Assembly: GCA_963667035.1 (NCBI GenBank)
Contig: OY762964.1
Coordinates: 160,001-224,000 of the forward strand
Reading direction: 5' to 3'
Length of the DNA: 64,000 bases
From: Candidatus Cloacimonadales bacterium
Lineage (GTDB): Bacteria > Cloacimonadota > Cloacimonadia > Cloacimonadales > JAFGVF01
In this document: positions 22,491-33,572 of the stretch, piece by piece
Layout of the letters: each line of letters starts with the position of its first letter
Numbering within the stretch: the first letter of the stretch is position 1
Notes under the pieces: generated by a model
What the model was told of the DNA's origin: nothing
The model's input: only the letters and a program-made list of their open reading frames with translations
Databases searched by the model: none
Translations under genes and position numbers: made by a program

Positions 22491-24155
22491 CTATTTGAGT
22501 AAAACAAGCTTACTCGTTAGTGTCCCGCTCTCTTTAACCAAGCGACAATAATAGACTCCTGAACTTCGAGAATATCTATCTAAATCCAACTCTATACGAT
22601 TCATTCCACTCTTATATTGCTGAGACTCTGTTTTCAATATCCTTCTTCCCTTCAAATCAAACAGCTCGATATAGGCGGATTCGCTTGCTGTCAAAACAAA
22701 GCTTATCGTTGTTGCCGGATTGAATGGGTTTGGGTAGACTATCAGTTTATTGTACAATTCTGTAGGATACTGAATGTTGTCGTCTTCATCAATACTATCG
22801 TCACGTATTGCAACAATCATGTTAGAGAACTTACTATCTCCCCCTATACTAACAGACTCAATCCAATAGAAAAGCGTATCTGAATTTACAAGTTCATCCT
22901 CAAATGTATAATCGGAAGGAGTATTCTTTGCATTAATGGGTATTGTATTTCTCTTGATAGCATAATATAGACTAGCTCTGTTCGCTCTGAATACATTGAA
23001 ATGGCTTGTATCGTATTCAGTTTCAGTATGCCATTTTAGCGTAGCTGAATTATTCCAGTTATTAATTACAGCTGATAAATAGTTAAACTCCACGGCCGAA
23101 TCAGTTAGAATAGCTATTGCTTCAGTGTAACCAATATGCCATTCCATATTATCGGTTGCCGTGCCACCATCAGAGGAGTACCAAAGTCTAAGGTTCATAG
23201 AACCATCAGTGTAGTAAGGTAAAGCTGCAGTACGATATATTAATCTATCCCATCCTGATTCTGCATAATCAAGTAACGGATTGCTGTCATAATTCCAGTT
23301 AAGTCCATCTAAAGATTTTCCGATCCATAGCTGACCACCTCTTGTCTGAGTTGCCCCACCTACAGAAGCAATAACCCAATATTCATTGTTCTCGTAAAGA
23401 ATGTTAAAATGCCAGATTTGAGAAGCATATTGTAGATTCCCAGTATAATCGTCAGTATTAATCCAACTACTTCCGTCATTAATAAGAAAATCAACTTCAG
23501 TCTTGTTGCCCCATGTTCCGGTTGGTATAGAGGCAGTTCTTCTGAAATAGGTTCTCGGCGAGGTCTTCGAATTTACCGTATATAGCTCATATTCACTACC
23601 GTTATAAATAATTGATGGAGAGAGGATTCGCTCACCATTAGTGCTAAGGGTGGAAAATGGATAAATAGGATTTGTCCAATTGATGCCGTCTGTTGAGGAT
23701 ATTACTCCAAATTTTTCTTCATTCCATCCTGCATGATTTCTCCAACATAAGTACATTGTATTTTGGTCAGGAGATAATATTAAGTCAGGATCTGAGTGAT
23801 AAAAATTGTTAGGGTCGTAAATATCATCATATGGCAGAACAACAGGATTAGTCAATCCGGAAGGAACAGACCAGATTATACCATCTTGAGAAACTACTAT
23901 TGAGGGATTTTCATATTGAGGAGCGGAATTCGGGAATGGAGTGAAAACCATCCAGTACTTATATCCATTCCATCCATTGGGGATGTAAACAACGTCAGGA
24001 TGTACTACTTCATCATTTCCGATTACATAAGAAGGTATATTGAGATAGTCGTTAGCTCTTACTGCATTGAAAAATACATTATCGATAGCGGGTAAACTTA
24101 AAATACTAACTTGAGCTAATACAATCAAAACAATAATTCTTAACATATCTAACAA
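22491..24155 (-). CDS. Secreted glycoside-hydrolase-like beta-propeller protein with T9SS type-A/FlgD-like C-terminal domain
   Basis: HPDVVY...GYKYWMVFTP...ENPSI, S.DGI.W repeats, YPNPFNP...GVYYCRL tail. Confidence 0.7.
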   Translation of the reverse strand: MLDMLRIIVLIVLAQVSILSLPAIDNVFFNAVRANDYLNIPSYVIGNDEVVHPDVVYIPNGWNGYKYWMVFTPFPNSAPQYENPSIVVSQDGIIWSVPSGLTNPVVLPYDDIYDPNNFYHSDPDLILSPDQNTMYLCWRNHAGWNEEKFGVISSTDGINWTNPIYPFSTLSTNGERILSPSIIYNGSEYELYTVNSKTSPRTYFRRTASIPTGTWGNKTEVDFLINDGSSWINTDDYTGNLQYASQIWHFNILYENNEYWVIASVGGATQTRGGQLWIGKSLDGLNWNYDSNPLLDYAESGWDRLIYRTAALPYYTDGSMNLRLWYSSDGGTATDNMEWHIGYTEAIAILTDSAVEFNYLSAVINNWNNSATLKWHTETEYDTSHFNVFRANRASLYYAIKRNTIPINAKNTPSDYTFEDELVNSDTLFYWIESVSIGGDSKFSNMIVAIRDDSIDEDDNIQYPTELYNKLIVYPNPFNPATTISFVLTASESAYIELFDLKGRRILKTESQQYKSGMNRIELDLDRYSRSSGVYYCRLVKESGTLTSKLVLLK

Positions 24156-24435
24156 TTCTCCTTCTGCAATTTGACGTTAAATCATTTGTGAGTGACAAGT
24201 AAAATCCAAACGATTTACTCTGAAATACAGGTCAAAAACATAATATATGCAAAATCATGGATTCAAGAAATGTATAATTTATCATTTTTAAAAAACTTCG
24301 CAGAATAGTTGTAATTTTCCTGTATGAATGATGATAATAATGTTGCATTAGAAAATAATTGACTTTAAGTTGTCTTTACTTAATTTTGGTATTAACTGGA
24401 AAAAAATATAGAATAAAGAAAATAGATAGTGTCAA

Positions 24436-27400
24436 GTGGAGGCTATTTTGAAGAAAAACCGTAAATGGTATTTATTACTATTAATCGTGGCAACCCTCTT
24501 TATCTTTGCATGTAGCGATGATGAAGATCCTAAGAATCAAACAATTGAAGTAGAACCGGATGCAGATAATCCGATTGTAAACATTTTTTCACCTGCGAAC
24601 AATGCAATAATATCAGTCACAGATAAAATCAATGTTGATGTTTATGTGGTTGATGCAGGCGAGATTGCTGAAGTTAGTTTATTTGTTAATGGCACCTTGT
24701 TTAACACAATAACTGAGATGCCTTGGACATTCTCATGGAGACAAGTATCCGATGCGTTAAATGTGCCTGATGATATTGCTGATGATCAAGGTACTTATGA
24801 ATTAACAGCTAAAGCTGTTGATGTTACAGGTAACGAATCAATATCTAACCCTGTACATGTTCAGTTAACTCATGACAACGTTCCTCCAACGGAACCAAAT
24901 AACCCTTCACCAGCTGTAGAATCTACAGATGTTCAGGTAGTTATGCCTACTTTAACTTGGGATTCTGTTGATACGGATGAATCCGATGAGTTAACATTTG
25001 AATTACTCTATGGCAACAATCCTGATTTAACTGATGCAATTGAAGTTTCAGGTTTAACGGAAAATGAATATCAGATAACTGGCGAAAATTTACCTTTTGA
25101 AACTGAATTTTTCTGGCAAGTAACAGCAAGAGACGGTAGTTATACTGTAGTAAGTCCCGTATGGAATTTCTTTACAGTACTTCCATTGGAACTGCCTACT
25201 GAACCATATCCTTCTAACGAAGAAGAAGATGTACAAATTTCTAATGTTGAGTTTGAATGGGAATGTAGCAATTATGCTGATGATTCTCCAATTACATATG
25301 ACTTTTATTTTGGAGATGATAATGAGAACTTAGCGTTAGTCGCTGAAGGTCTTGAAACAACAAGCTTTACCTTAGAACAAGACTTAGATTACAATAAAGA
25401 CTATTATTGGAGAGTTAAATCTATAGACCAGCATTATCCTGACGGTATGATGAGTTCTCTATGGATGTTTACAACTAGGCACGTTATTAATAACCCGGTT
25501 AGTCCTATACCTGCTAACAATACAAACACAAATCCTATTACAGATCTACAGTTGGGCTGGACCGTAACACACGAAGAAGGTGCTGAACTCAATTATCAAG
25601 TTATTGTTAGCACTCAAACAAACTTTGAGCTTTCAGAGTTTATAATTGCCAATGTTGATGGTTTAACTTCCAATGAATATGTAATCCCTGAAGAATTGAC
25701 TTATGCTAAGAAATACTATTGGCGTGTTTATGCAAAAGCCGGAGCGGATAGTCTTGAAGGACCTCTTTGGACTTTTAATACCTTCAATCCTATCAGTGCA
25801 TTATCTCCTGAAATTGAAGAAGAAGGTTTACCTATCTTTGATATTCAATTTGATTGGGAAGTTGTAGATATTGATGATGTAACCTACGATTTTTATATTT
25901 CAACTAATGATCAGCTAGATGCTCTTCAACCAAAATTAACAGATCTCACAGAAAGTGAACTTGTTTATCCTATTTCAGGTATTGTTGATGATCCTGAAAC
26001 TGTTGAGAATGAAGAATCTGTCCCTCTTGAGATTGAGACTACTTACTATTGGAGAATAGTAGCAAGACACGGAGAGGCTGGTTCTGCAGACTACTATGTT
26101 ATTAAATCTGACATATGGTCATTTGACACAAAAGCTAATCCAATAAGCGATGTAACCGCTCCATCACCTTCTCATAACTCGGAAGACATACTTGTTGTTA
26201 ATCCTACATTCAGTTGGACTTGTTCACATGAAGATGGTGAACCAATGAATTATGAATTCTGGTTTGGTGCTGATGAGTATAGTTTAACAATGATTGCTGA
26301 TAATATTAATCAGACTACTTATCAATATGACACAACTCTAGAGTTCAATAAAGAATACCGCTGGCAAGTTGTTGCAAAAGATGGTGTTTTTGAAAAGGAA
26401 AGTAGCTTGTGGCGTCTCTATACTATCAACCCGTTTGGTGACCCGTTACCGGGAAATAATGAAGTGGGTGTTCCTTTTGATGAGTATACATTCGATTGGG
26501 AACTTGAAGGCTATAGTGAAGATGGTATGACTTATTCATTGTATATTGCTACTAATGAAGACGATCTTAACGGAGCGGAAGCTTATGCTCTTAATTTGAC
26601 AGATCCTCATTATACTGTTACTAATTTGCAACCCGATACTCAGTATTTCTGGAAAGCTAGGGCTATAAATAGCGATCAGTTATCTGATAGTGATATATGG
26701 ACATTCAAGACAATACCTTCCGAATTGTATAATTGGGTAAATATCAGTGGCGGTACTTATGATGTTGGTACTCCTAATGAAGATAGATACTATGACCAAC
26801 AAACTATTGCTGATTTCCAGATGATGGATACTGAAGTAACAAATCTTGCTTATAAAGCCTTTATCGTTGAAGCTATAAATTCAGGAAATGCTCAGATTCA
26901 AGGTAGCTCAGTTAACGGAACTGATGGAACTGAATATTATAGTCTTAGCAATAGTAATGCTAAAATTAAAGTGTCTGAGAATGGCGAATATCTTCTTATT
27001 GAAGAAGGTTACGAGAACCACCCTGTAAGTTGTGTTACTTGGAATGGTGCTGTTGCATTTGCTGAATATTATGACTACAGCCTTCCTACAGAATGGGAAT
27101 GGGAAATTGCTGCTCGTGGCGGTACTACAGATGAATTCCCTTGGGGTAATGATTTACCTGCTGATAATATGGTAGCCAACTACCGTAACAGTGGAGACGA
27201 ATTTGATGAAGGCACAACACCTGTTGCTTATTTCCCTGCTTACCACAATCTTTATGATATGGCTGGTAACGTTTGGGAATGGACAGCATCCGATAGTGAT
27301 ACTGTTGACGGTTACAAAATCCTTCGCGGTGGTAGCTGGAATTCAACAATCAATTACTTGAAATGCTGGGTTCGTAATTTCGACGGAACTAAAAACTATG

Positions 27401-27447
27401 ACCCTGAATATTCCGGTAGTATAATCGGTTTCAGATGTGTTAAATAG
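24436..27447 (+). CDS. Large lipoprotein: Ig-like domain, FN3-like repeats, C-terminal FGE/sulfatase-modifying (CLec-fold) domain
   Basis: Lipobox IFAC; repeated Y(F/Y)W(R/Q)V.A...S..W.F.T units; LPTEWEWEIAARGG, YDMAGNVWEW, RGGSW, GFRCVK. Confidence 0.85.
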   Translation: MEAILKKNRKWYLLLLIVATLFIFACSDDEDPKNQTIEVEPDADNPIVNIFSPANNAIISVTDKINVDVYVVDAGEIAEVSLFVNGTLFNTITEMPWTFSWRQVSDALNVPDDIADDQGTYELTAKAVDVTGNESISNPVHVQLTHDNVPPTEPNNPSPAVESTDVQVVMPTLTWDSVDTDESDELTFELLYGNNPDLTDAIEVSGLTENEYQITGENLPFETEFFWQVTARDGSYTVVSPVWNFFTVLPLELPTEPYPSNEEEDVQISNVEFEWECSNYADDSPITYDFYFGDDNENLALVAEGLETTSFTLEQDLDYNKDYYWRVKSIDQHYPDGMMSSLWMFTTRHVINNPVSPIPANNTNTNPITDLQLGWTVTHEEGAELNYQVIVSTQTNFELSEFIIANVDGLTSNEYVIPEELTYAKKYYWRVYAKAGADSLEGPLWTFNTFNPISALSPEIEEEGLPIFDIQFDWEVVDIDDVTYDFYISTNDQLDALQPKLTDLTESELVYPISGIVDDPETVENEESVPLEIETTYYWRIVARHGEAGSADYYVIKSDIWSFDTKANPISDVTAPSPSHNSEDILVVNPTFSWTCSHEDGEPMNYEFWFGADEYSLTMIADNINQTTYQYDTTLEFNKEYRWQVVAKDGVFEKESSLWRLYTINPFGDPLPGNNEVGVPFDEYTFDWELEGYSEDGMTYSLYIATNEDDLNGAEAYALNLTDPHYTVTNLQPDTQYFWKARAINSDQLSDSDIWTFKTIPSELYNWVNISGGTYDVGTPNEDRYYDQQTIADFQMMDTEVTNLAYKAFIVEAINSGNAQIQGSSVNGTDGTEYYSLSNSNAKIKVSENGEYLLIEEGYENHPVSCVTWNGAVAFAEYYDYSLPTEWEWEIAARGGTTDEFPWGNDLPADNMVANYRNSGDEFDEGTTPVAYFPAYHNLYDMAGNVWEWTASDSDTVDGYKILRGGSWNSTINYLKCWVRNFDGTKNYDPEYSGSIIGFRCVK

Positions 27448-27468
27448 TTTCTAATAAATCTATTTATT

Positions 27469-27494
27469 AGGGCTCCTGAAAAGGAGCCCTTTTT
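27469..27494 (+). terminator. Rho-independent terminator
   Basis: agggctcct-gaaa-aggagccct-tttt. Confidence 0.85.
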
Positions 27495-27568
27495 ACATGT
27501 TTTCTACATTTGATTGCCGTTTCATCTTTTTATCTTAATTGGTGATAAAAGAGAATTTGTATCTTGTC

Positions 27569-27628
27569 TCTTTCTAATTAGTATCCTGTTTATCGTAACT
27601 GGAATCTAACTGGAATCTAACGGGGATT
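27569..27628. repeat. 11-bp-period repeat (TAACTGGAATC x2 plus TAACGGGGATT) with weak inverted arm
   Basis: Units at 27596, 27607, 27618; upstream gtatcctgttt-like partial complement. Confidence 0.5.
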
Positions 27629-27767
27629 GCTCAAGAGACTCATGGGAATTATGAGAGGGCACTGAAGCACAAATGAAAGGTTATTAATCATAATAATGCC
27701 TAAATACTCATACCTTTTGATTGACTAGTTGCAGCTGTGAGTGCATGATTGAATTTAATAAAATGAG

Positions 27768-28427
27768 GTGGGTAATATGGACACAGATAAGATTAAAAAT
27801 CGAGCTAAAGAGCTGTTAAATGCTAAATACGGGATTGTTATGCCATGTGTATTATTTTCAATCCTGTTACCTTTAATTATAACTACAATAAATGAAGAAT
27901 CTGGATTATTGACTTTTATTGCATTAAGCCCTATTCCATTTGGTCTAGCCTCCGTAATGCTAAAAGTTCAAAGAGGTAAAAGAGCAGCCTTTGAAGATTT
28001 GTTCAGTGGTTATTCAAAGTATTTCTTTAACACTCTTCTCTTAAATGCAGTGATATCCCTTCTCTCAATTCTAGGAGCAGTCCTATTGGTCGTTCCCGGC
28101 ATTATTATTGCTTTGCGATACAGTATGAGTTGGTTTATATTAGCTGATAATCCTGAAATGGGGTTCAGAGAAGTAATGAGACGAAGCAGAGAGTTGATGG
28201 ATGGCCGAAAAGAGGAATTGTTCTTTTTTATTCTTAGTTACTTAGGTTGGTTCATTCTGTCGTTACTTACGGGTGGAGTATTGTTTATCCTTTATGTCGG
28301 ACCATATCTTTACCTAGCCCTAGCAGGTTATTATCTGAATATTACCGAAAACAATCGAGGAAGAAGTAAAGAAGAAGAGGAAGAAGATAGTTATAATCCT
28401 CCTAGAATAGGAGGTGTAATTGAATAG
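27768..28427 (+). CDS. DUF975-family integral membrane protein
   Basis: LVVPGIIIALRYSMSWFILADNP...SRELMDGRK.ELF...LSYLGW motif. Confidence 0.8.
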   Translation: MGNMDTDKIKNRAKELLNAKYGIVMPCVLFSILLPLIITTINEESGLLTFIALSPIPFGLASVMLKVQRGKRAAFEDLFSGYSKYFFNTLLLNAVISLLSILGAVLLVVPGIIIALRYSMSWFILADNPEMGFREVMRRSRELMDGRKEELFFFILSYLGWFILSLLTGGVLFILYVGPYLYLALAGYYLNITENNRGRSKEEEEEDSYNPPRIGGVIE

Positions 28428-28481
28428 AAAGAATTGCTTAAACATTTTTTGTAACTTCAAACTCATAATGCATTTTAAAAT

Positions 28482-29036
28482 ATGAACGAGGTGAGTGTGA
28501 TAGAAAATGAAAAAGAGTTAATCAAACGTGCTAAGAAAGATGTGAGTGCGTTTGACAGGTTGTATGAGCATTATTACCCGCTTATAAATAACTATGTTTT
28601 TCATAGGGTAGCGGATGAGAGCACACGATATGAAATAGTGTCGAATGTGTTCTACAAGGCTATGACCAATTTAAGCGGTTTTAAATGGTTTCATAAGTGT
28701 TCATTTTCTGCCTGGCTGTATCGGATTGCAATAAACGAGATTAGGCAACATTATCGACAGAATCAGAGAACTATGAAGATTGAGAAGAAGATATCTTTCA
28801 ATGAGTTACCCAATGATGCTGAAGATATTGAGAAGCCGGATTATCATATTGTGTATGAAGCTATGCAAAGCTTAAAACCGGCAGAGCAGGACTTATTATC
28901 GTTGCGCTATTTCGAGAAGAAAAAATTCCAGGAAATAGCAGAGATTTTGAATGTCAAAGAAGGAGCATTGAAGGTAAGAATGCACCGAATAATGAATAAA
29001 TTAAGAGACCGTATAGAGGAGATTGAAAATGGATGA
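28482..29036 (+). CDS. ECF RNA polymerase sigma factor
   Basis: AFDRLYEHY, FSAWLYRIAIN, EIAEILNVKEGALKVRMHR. Confidence 0.9.
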   Translation: MNEVSVIENEKELIKRAKKDVSAFDRLYEHYYPLINNYVFHRVADESTRYEIVSNVFYKAMTNLSGFKWFHKCSFSAWLYRIAINEIRQHYRQNQRTMKIEKKISFNELPNDAEDIEKPDYHIVYEAMQSLKPAEQDLLSLRYFEKKKFQEIAEILNVKEGALKVRMHRIMNKLRDRIEEIENG

Positions 29037-29502
29037 ATTAAAGAAGAGACTGGAGCAAATGGAGGTTCCTATTATAAAGAACGATCCATTCCAGCAGGAG
29101 CTTAGAAGGCTTCTTATTGCAAAGTTCATCCCGCATCATTCTGCAGGACGAATGTTGCTGAGATTAGGTACTGCACTAGTAATGATTTTAGCTTTGTTTG
29201 GCATCGTTTCGGTTGTTAATCCCGGCTGGGCGTATAAAGTGAATAATATGGCCTTTAATAAAGACCACGAACCGGATATTGAAAGGTTAGATCTACCTGC
29301 ACATCTGGCAAGCTCATCTTATACTTCCATAAACAATCCGGAGATATCTAATCAGATTGACCCGAAACAATATGTCGAGGATAAATCATATGTTATCCGA
29401 AAATATAAATCACCTAGAAATGGTGCAGTAATGATTGTTTCAGAATTTGATGAACGAGGAAATAAAGTCAAAACTAGACTCGTAAATCAATCAGGCATGT
29501 AA
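29029..29502 (+). CDS. Putative single-TM anti-sigma factor
   Basis: Overlaps the ECF stop; short N-terminal domain, one TM, C-terminal domain. Function inferred from position. Confidence 0.55.
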   Translation: MDELKKRLEQMEVPIIKNDPFQQELRRLLIAKFIPHHSAGRMLLRLGTALVMILALFGIVSVVNPGWAYKVNNMAFNKDHEPDIERLDLPAHLASSSYTSINNPEISNQIDPKQYVEDKSYVIRKYKSPRNGAVMIVSEFDERGNKVKTRLVNQSGM

Positions 29503-29512
29503 GGAGGAAATC

Positions 29513-30706
29513 ATGCTGCCGTTGTTAAAGAATCTTATATTTACTTTACTAATTCTTACTTGTATCACAGCTCTAAATGCGAAGCCTTGGCTTGGTATTA
29601 CAGTTATGGAGCCAGAAGATGCAGAGTATGGAGTTAAAATTTTTTCTGTAGATAAAGATTCTCCGGCTGATAAAGCAGGTATGGAAATCGGAGACCGGTT
29701 AATAAAGATAAATGGAGAAAAGATTTACACTACCGATCAGCTGAAAAAGATGATAGAATCGAAACAGATAGGTGACAAACTGAAGATTGAACTTATCAGA
29801 GATAAAGAAGATGTTGTTCTCATATCAACACTGGAAGAAAAGCAGATACCCAAAAAACCATTCCTAGGAGTTGTAGTTAATGAATTGGATAAAGAACAAC
29901 AGGAAGAAATGAACTTGGATTACGGTTTGTATGTAAACAGAATAGTGGAAGATTCAAGTGCCGAGAAAGCGAATCTAAAGAAAGGGGATATTCTACTCTC
30001 CATAGACAATGATAAGATTTATACTCCCGGTCAGCTTCGAAAGATACTCAATACACATAAACCTGATAGTGAGATAACTGTTAAATATCTCAGAGACGGG
30101 AAAGAAAAGAATATCAAGGTGAAACTTGGTTCTAAATCTGCAAGTCTAGGACAGATAGACGGCAATGTTTTAAACTATGACTTCTCGGTTATGCCTGATA
30201 AAGTAACTGTACTTAAGTATGATGATAACTTTGATAGATTAGGTATGAAGATTGAAGAAGTTAAAGGAGAAGTTATTGTCAAAGCAGTTGAGGAAAACTC
30301 AGATGCAGATAAAGCAGGTATTAGAAAAGGTGATAAGATAATCTCGGTTAATCGTGAGAAGATTAAATCAATAAAGATGATCGATGGGATTCTCAATGAG
30401 AGAAAAGAGAATGAAGTTGTCGAGATAACAGTTCTTTCAGGCGGGAAGAAAAAGACATTAGAACTGACAGTTGGACCCAAAAAAGCTGAGAAGACTTTTG
30501 ATTTATCGATAGATGATGACGGTATCAGATTCATAATCGACGGGAAAGAAACCGAACTGTTTAATGAAGATGCAATTCCTAAGATTAAAGAATTCTTCAA
30601 AGACCTTCACATAGATGAGTGGATGGATGAATTGAAAGACAATCTGCCTGAAGAAAAAGACATAGATTTATTTTTCAAAAAGCAAGTTAATAAGGAACAG
30701 GTATAA
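29513..30706 (+). CDS. Exported protein with three PDZ domains
   Basis: Signal peptide; three PWLGI/PFLGV/RLGM...S.A.KA...GD.(L/I)..I(N/D) units; no protease domain seen. Confidence 0.85.
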   Translation: MLPLLKNLIFTLLILTCITALNAKPWLGITVMEPEDAEYGVKIFSVDKDSPADKAGMEIGDRLIKINGEKIYTTDQLKKMIESKQIGDKLKIELIRDKEDVVLISTLEEKQIPKKPFLGVVVNELDKEQQEEMNLDYGLYVNRIVEDSSAEKANLKKGDILLSIDNDKIYTPGQLRKILNTHKPDSEITVKYLRDGKEKNIKVKLGSKSASLGQIDGNVLNYDFSVMPDKVTVLKYDDNFDRLGMKIEEVKGEVIVKAVEENSDADKAGIRKGDKIISVNREKIKSIKMIDGILNERKENEVVEITVLSGGKKKTLELTVGPKKAEKTFDLSIDDDGIRFIIDGKETELFNEDAIPKIKEFFKDLHIDEWMDELKDNLPEEKDIDLFFKKQVNKEQV

Positions 30707-30744
30707 CCTCCCTTTGTAGTAGTGTGCGAATACGGGACATAGTT

Positions 30745-31122
30745 TTACGATGTCCCGTTTTCTTTTATCAGATAGTTGGCCGTATTGACATTCAGAGCTA
30801 TGGGAATGTTTCTTAGAACACATATTCTTATAAGTGTTTGTATGTCATGTTCGTGCCCGTGAGGAGTTTTAACGTCTATGAGAAATATTATTTTGTCTAT
30901 TTCTCCTTCCAGAATATGGGATGCAATGACAATGTCACCACCTTCAGGACCATGTCCGAGAGGTTTAACGGATAATCCTGTGATATTTGATACGTGTTTG
31001 GACGTACCGAGAGTACCGACCAATTCGTACTCTTGCAGAGCTTCCTTATGTTTGTTTGCCCATTCAGCCATAGCGAGTTTTTGAGTGTTGTGAGCTACCA
31101 GTGCTAGAGTTAATTTCTTCAT
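30745..31122 (-). CDS. mgsA: Methylglyoxal synthase
   Basis: LALVAHN..K, GHGPEGGD, PHGHEHDIQTLIR, IPIALN; GGAGG RBS before ATG 31122. Confidence 0.85.
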   Translation of the reverse strand: MKKLTLALVAHNTQKLAMAEWANKHKEALQEYELVGTLGTSKHVSNITGLSVKPLGHGPEGGDIVIASHILEGEIDKIIFLIDVKTPHGHEHDIQTLIRICVLRNIPIALNVNTANYLIKENGTS

Positions 31123-31316
31123 TATTCCTCCTAGCGACATGATAAAGGGTTGGAATAAATTAGCAAGATAAAGTAACCCGATATTTATGAATTTACAGGT
31201 AAAAATTAATAAAGTCAACTTGCTGACGATACTTGTCGAAAAAATCCTTTACGAAATTTGATTGTTAATGCATGTAGTCTAAATCATAGTTTTATAAACC
31301 AATCTTTGGAGGATAT

Positions 31317-33569
31317 ATGGATCTCAGGATGAAAAAACTGTTTATCCTGATAGTTTTAACAGTTTTCTGCTCCTTACTGATGGCAGTAGGAGAATTAGTT
31401 TATGATGTGACGGTTATTGGAAATCAGAATGTGGATGAATCACTTATAAAAAGTGCATCCAGTATAAAAATTGGTACTAATTACACTGGTGATGATGTCC
31501 AAAAAACCATAAAGAATCTTTATAATCTGAAGGTCTTTGAAGATATTAAGATAGAGTCACAAAAGAAGCAGTCAGGTGTTGAGATTATTATAAGAGTTAA
31601 AGAATATCCGATAGTGAAGAAAATGACCTTGAAAGGTAACAAAGCGTTATCTTCCCGAGAGGTTGATGAAACTATCAATATCCGCATAGGAAGTTATTGG
31701 TCTCCATTCTTAAGAATGTCCAATACGGATAAGCTCAAGACTAAACTTGAAGAGAAAGGCTATCATAATGCTCACATTGATTATATCGTTAATGAGGCTG
31801 ATGATAACACAATTAATCTGACAATTGTCTTCCAAGACGGACGTAAAGTTAAGATTAAGAAAATAAACATTGTTGGAAATGACCAGATTGAAGAGAAGAA
31901 GATTCTTAAGAAAATGAAAACTAAGAAAGCAAGCCTCTTCAGAACCGGTAAGTATGAAGAAGAAAAGTATCAAACAGACTTAAAAGCAATAATTGCTTAT
32001 TATAATAAACTCGGTTTCATTGATGCAAGAATAGTATCTGAAAATATTGAAAAGATTGACGATAGATTTCTTGTAATCACAATCAGAGTTAACGAAGGTA
32101 TTAAATACAATTTCGGTAAGATAACCGTTAGTGGAAATACCAGATTTACGGAAGAGACAATTTTAGAAAAATTCACTCTTAAGAAAGACGAACCTTTCAA
32201 TATGGAAAAATTTGATAAAGAGCTCTACGCTGTTTCATCAATGTATTATGAAGAAGGCTATATTTACTCTCAATTCGACCATGTTCTTGAGAAACACGGG
32301 AATATGGTAGACATTAAACTTGATATTACTGAAAACAACAGAGCTAAAGTTAGGAAGATATCTATTGCCGGTAATACAAGAACCAAAGAAAAGGTTATCA
32401 GAAGACAGCTTACGATTGCTCCCGGTGATTATTTTAAACAATCAAAAGTAATAAGATCCCAACAGAATATTTACAATATGGGTTTCTTTGAACCGGACAT
32501 CAGACCTGACTATAGACCAATCAATAAAGATGGTGATATAGACTTGATTATAAAGGTTTCCGATTCAACCTCAGGTACCGTTAACGGTGGTGTAGGTTAT
32601 AATAGTCAGGATAGTTTTGTCGGTCAGCTCTCTTTATCACATAACAACTTATTCGGTAATAACTGGAGTACTTCTTTTAGTTGGGAGTTTGGCGGAAGCT
32701 CACAGAACTTTACTTGGGACTTCACAAATCCGTATCTGTTTGATACAAACACTCTCTTCGGTTATAATATCTACTTAGTGGAGAAAGAGTATCCGGACGA
32801 TTACTACGACGTGTTTACCCGAGGTGGTTCAATTCGCTTGGGTCGTCCTATTTACTTCTTGAACCGCAGTAAAGTTGTCGGACGTTACTCTTTCTATGCA
32901 AAACGCTACTCCATCACTGATGAAGAAGCAGTTTACGAAGAAGCTGATCAAAACGAAGCTCTTATTGAACTTGATGAGAAAAATTGGAATTATACAAGCT
33001 CAGTATCTCTAACTTTCACAAGGGATACCAGAGACAATATATTCTTCCCACGTAAAGGTACACAGCTAACTCTTTACAGTGAAATAGCTGGTGGACCTTT
33101 TATGGGTGATTCGGATTTCTATAAGCAGATTGCTCAGGTTAACTGGTATGCCGAGATGTTCTATGACTTCGTCCTCAGAACCAAGTGGCGTATGGGTTAT
33201 GTAACTGAATACGGACGTTCCGATTCAGTTCCTCCGGATGAGAAGTTCTACCTTGGTGGAACAGGTCCGGATGGAATTAGAGGATATGGTGACAGATCAA
33301 TTGCTCCAAGTGGTGGTGGAACTAGAGAGATAATCTTCTCAACTGAGATTGGATATCCCATTGGTGGAGACCAGTTAATCGGTTTACTTTTCTTTGATGC
33401 CGGAGATAGCTATAATTCACTTAAAGATTATAACTTTCTAGAGTTCAAGAAAGGTGCGGGTATCGGTATAAGAGTGAGAAGTCCTTTTGGATTAATCGGT
33501 TTCGACTGGGCATACAATTTTGCCGATGATAACTGGGAACCTCACTTCCAATTCGGTACTACATTCTAA
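31317..33569 (+). CDS. bamA: Outer membrane protein assembly factor BamA
   Basis: POTRA repeats (GNTRTKEKVIRR), FYLGG...IRGY, SPFG.IGFD.AY, terminal FQFGTTF. Confidence 0.95.
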   Translation: MDLRMKKLFILIVLTVFCSLLMAVGELVYDVTVIGNQNVDESLIKSASSIKIGTNYTGDDVQKTIKNLYNLKVFEDIKIESQKKQSGVEIIIRVKEYPIVKKMTLKGNKALSSREVDETINIRIGSYWSPFLRMSNTDKLKTKLEEKGYHNAHIDYIVNEADDNTINLTIVFQDGRKVKIKKINIVGNDQIEEKKILKKMKTKKASLFRTGKYEEEKYQTDLKAIIAYYNKLGFIDARIVSENIEKIDDRFLVITIRVNEGIKYNFGKITVSGNTRFTEETILEKFTLKKDEPFNMEKFDKELYAVSSMYYEEGYIYSQFDHVLEKHGNMVDIKLDITENNRAKVRKISIAGNTRTKEKVIRRQLTIAPGDYFKQSKVIRSQQNIYNMGFFEPDIRPDYRPINKDGDIDLIIKVSDSTSGTVNGGVGYNSQDSFVGQLSLSHNNLFGNNWSTSFSWEFGGSSQNFTWDFTNPYLFDTNTLFGYNIYLVEKEYPDDYYDVFTRGGSIRLGRPIYFLNRSKVVGRYSFYAKRYSITDEEAVYEEADQNEALIELDEKNWNYTSSVSLTFTRDTRDNIFFPRKGTQLTLYSEIAGGPFMGDSDFYKQIAQVNWYAEMFYDFVLRTKWRMGYVTEYGRSDSVPPDEKFYLGGTGPDGIRGYGDRSIAPSGGGTREIIFSTEIGYPIGGDQLIGLLFFDAGDSYNSLKDYNFLEFKKGAGIGIRVRSPFGLIGFDWAYNFADDNWEPHFQFGTTF

Positions 33570-33572
33570 ACG

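Noticed and set aside
27300..27447. C-terminus of the FGE-domain lipoprotein as a DGR variable region
   Set aside because: The fold is a typical DGR target, but no template repeat differing at adenines and no reverse transcriptase were found in the window; a remote DGR cannot be excluded.
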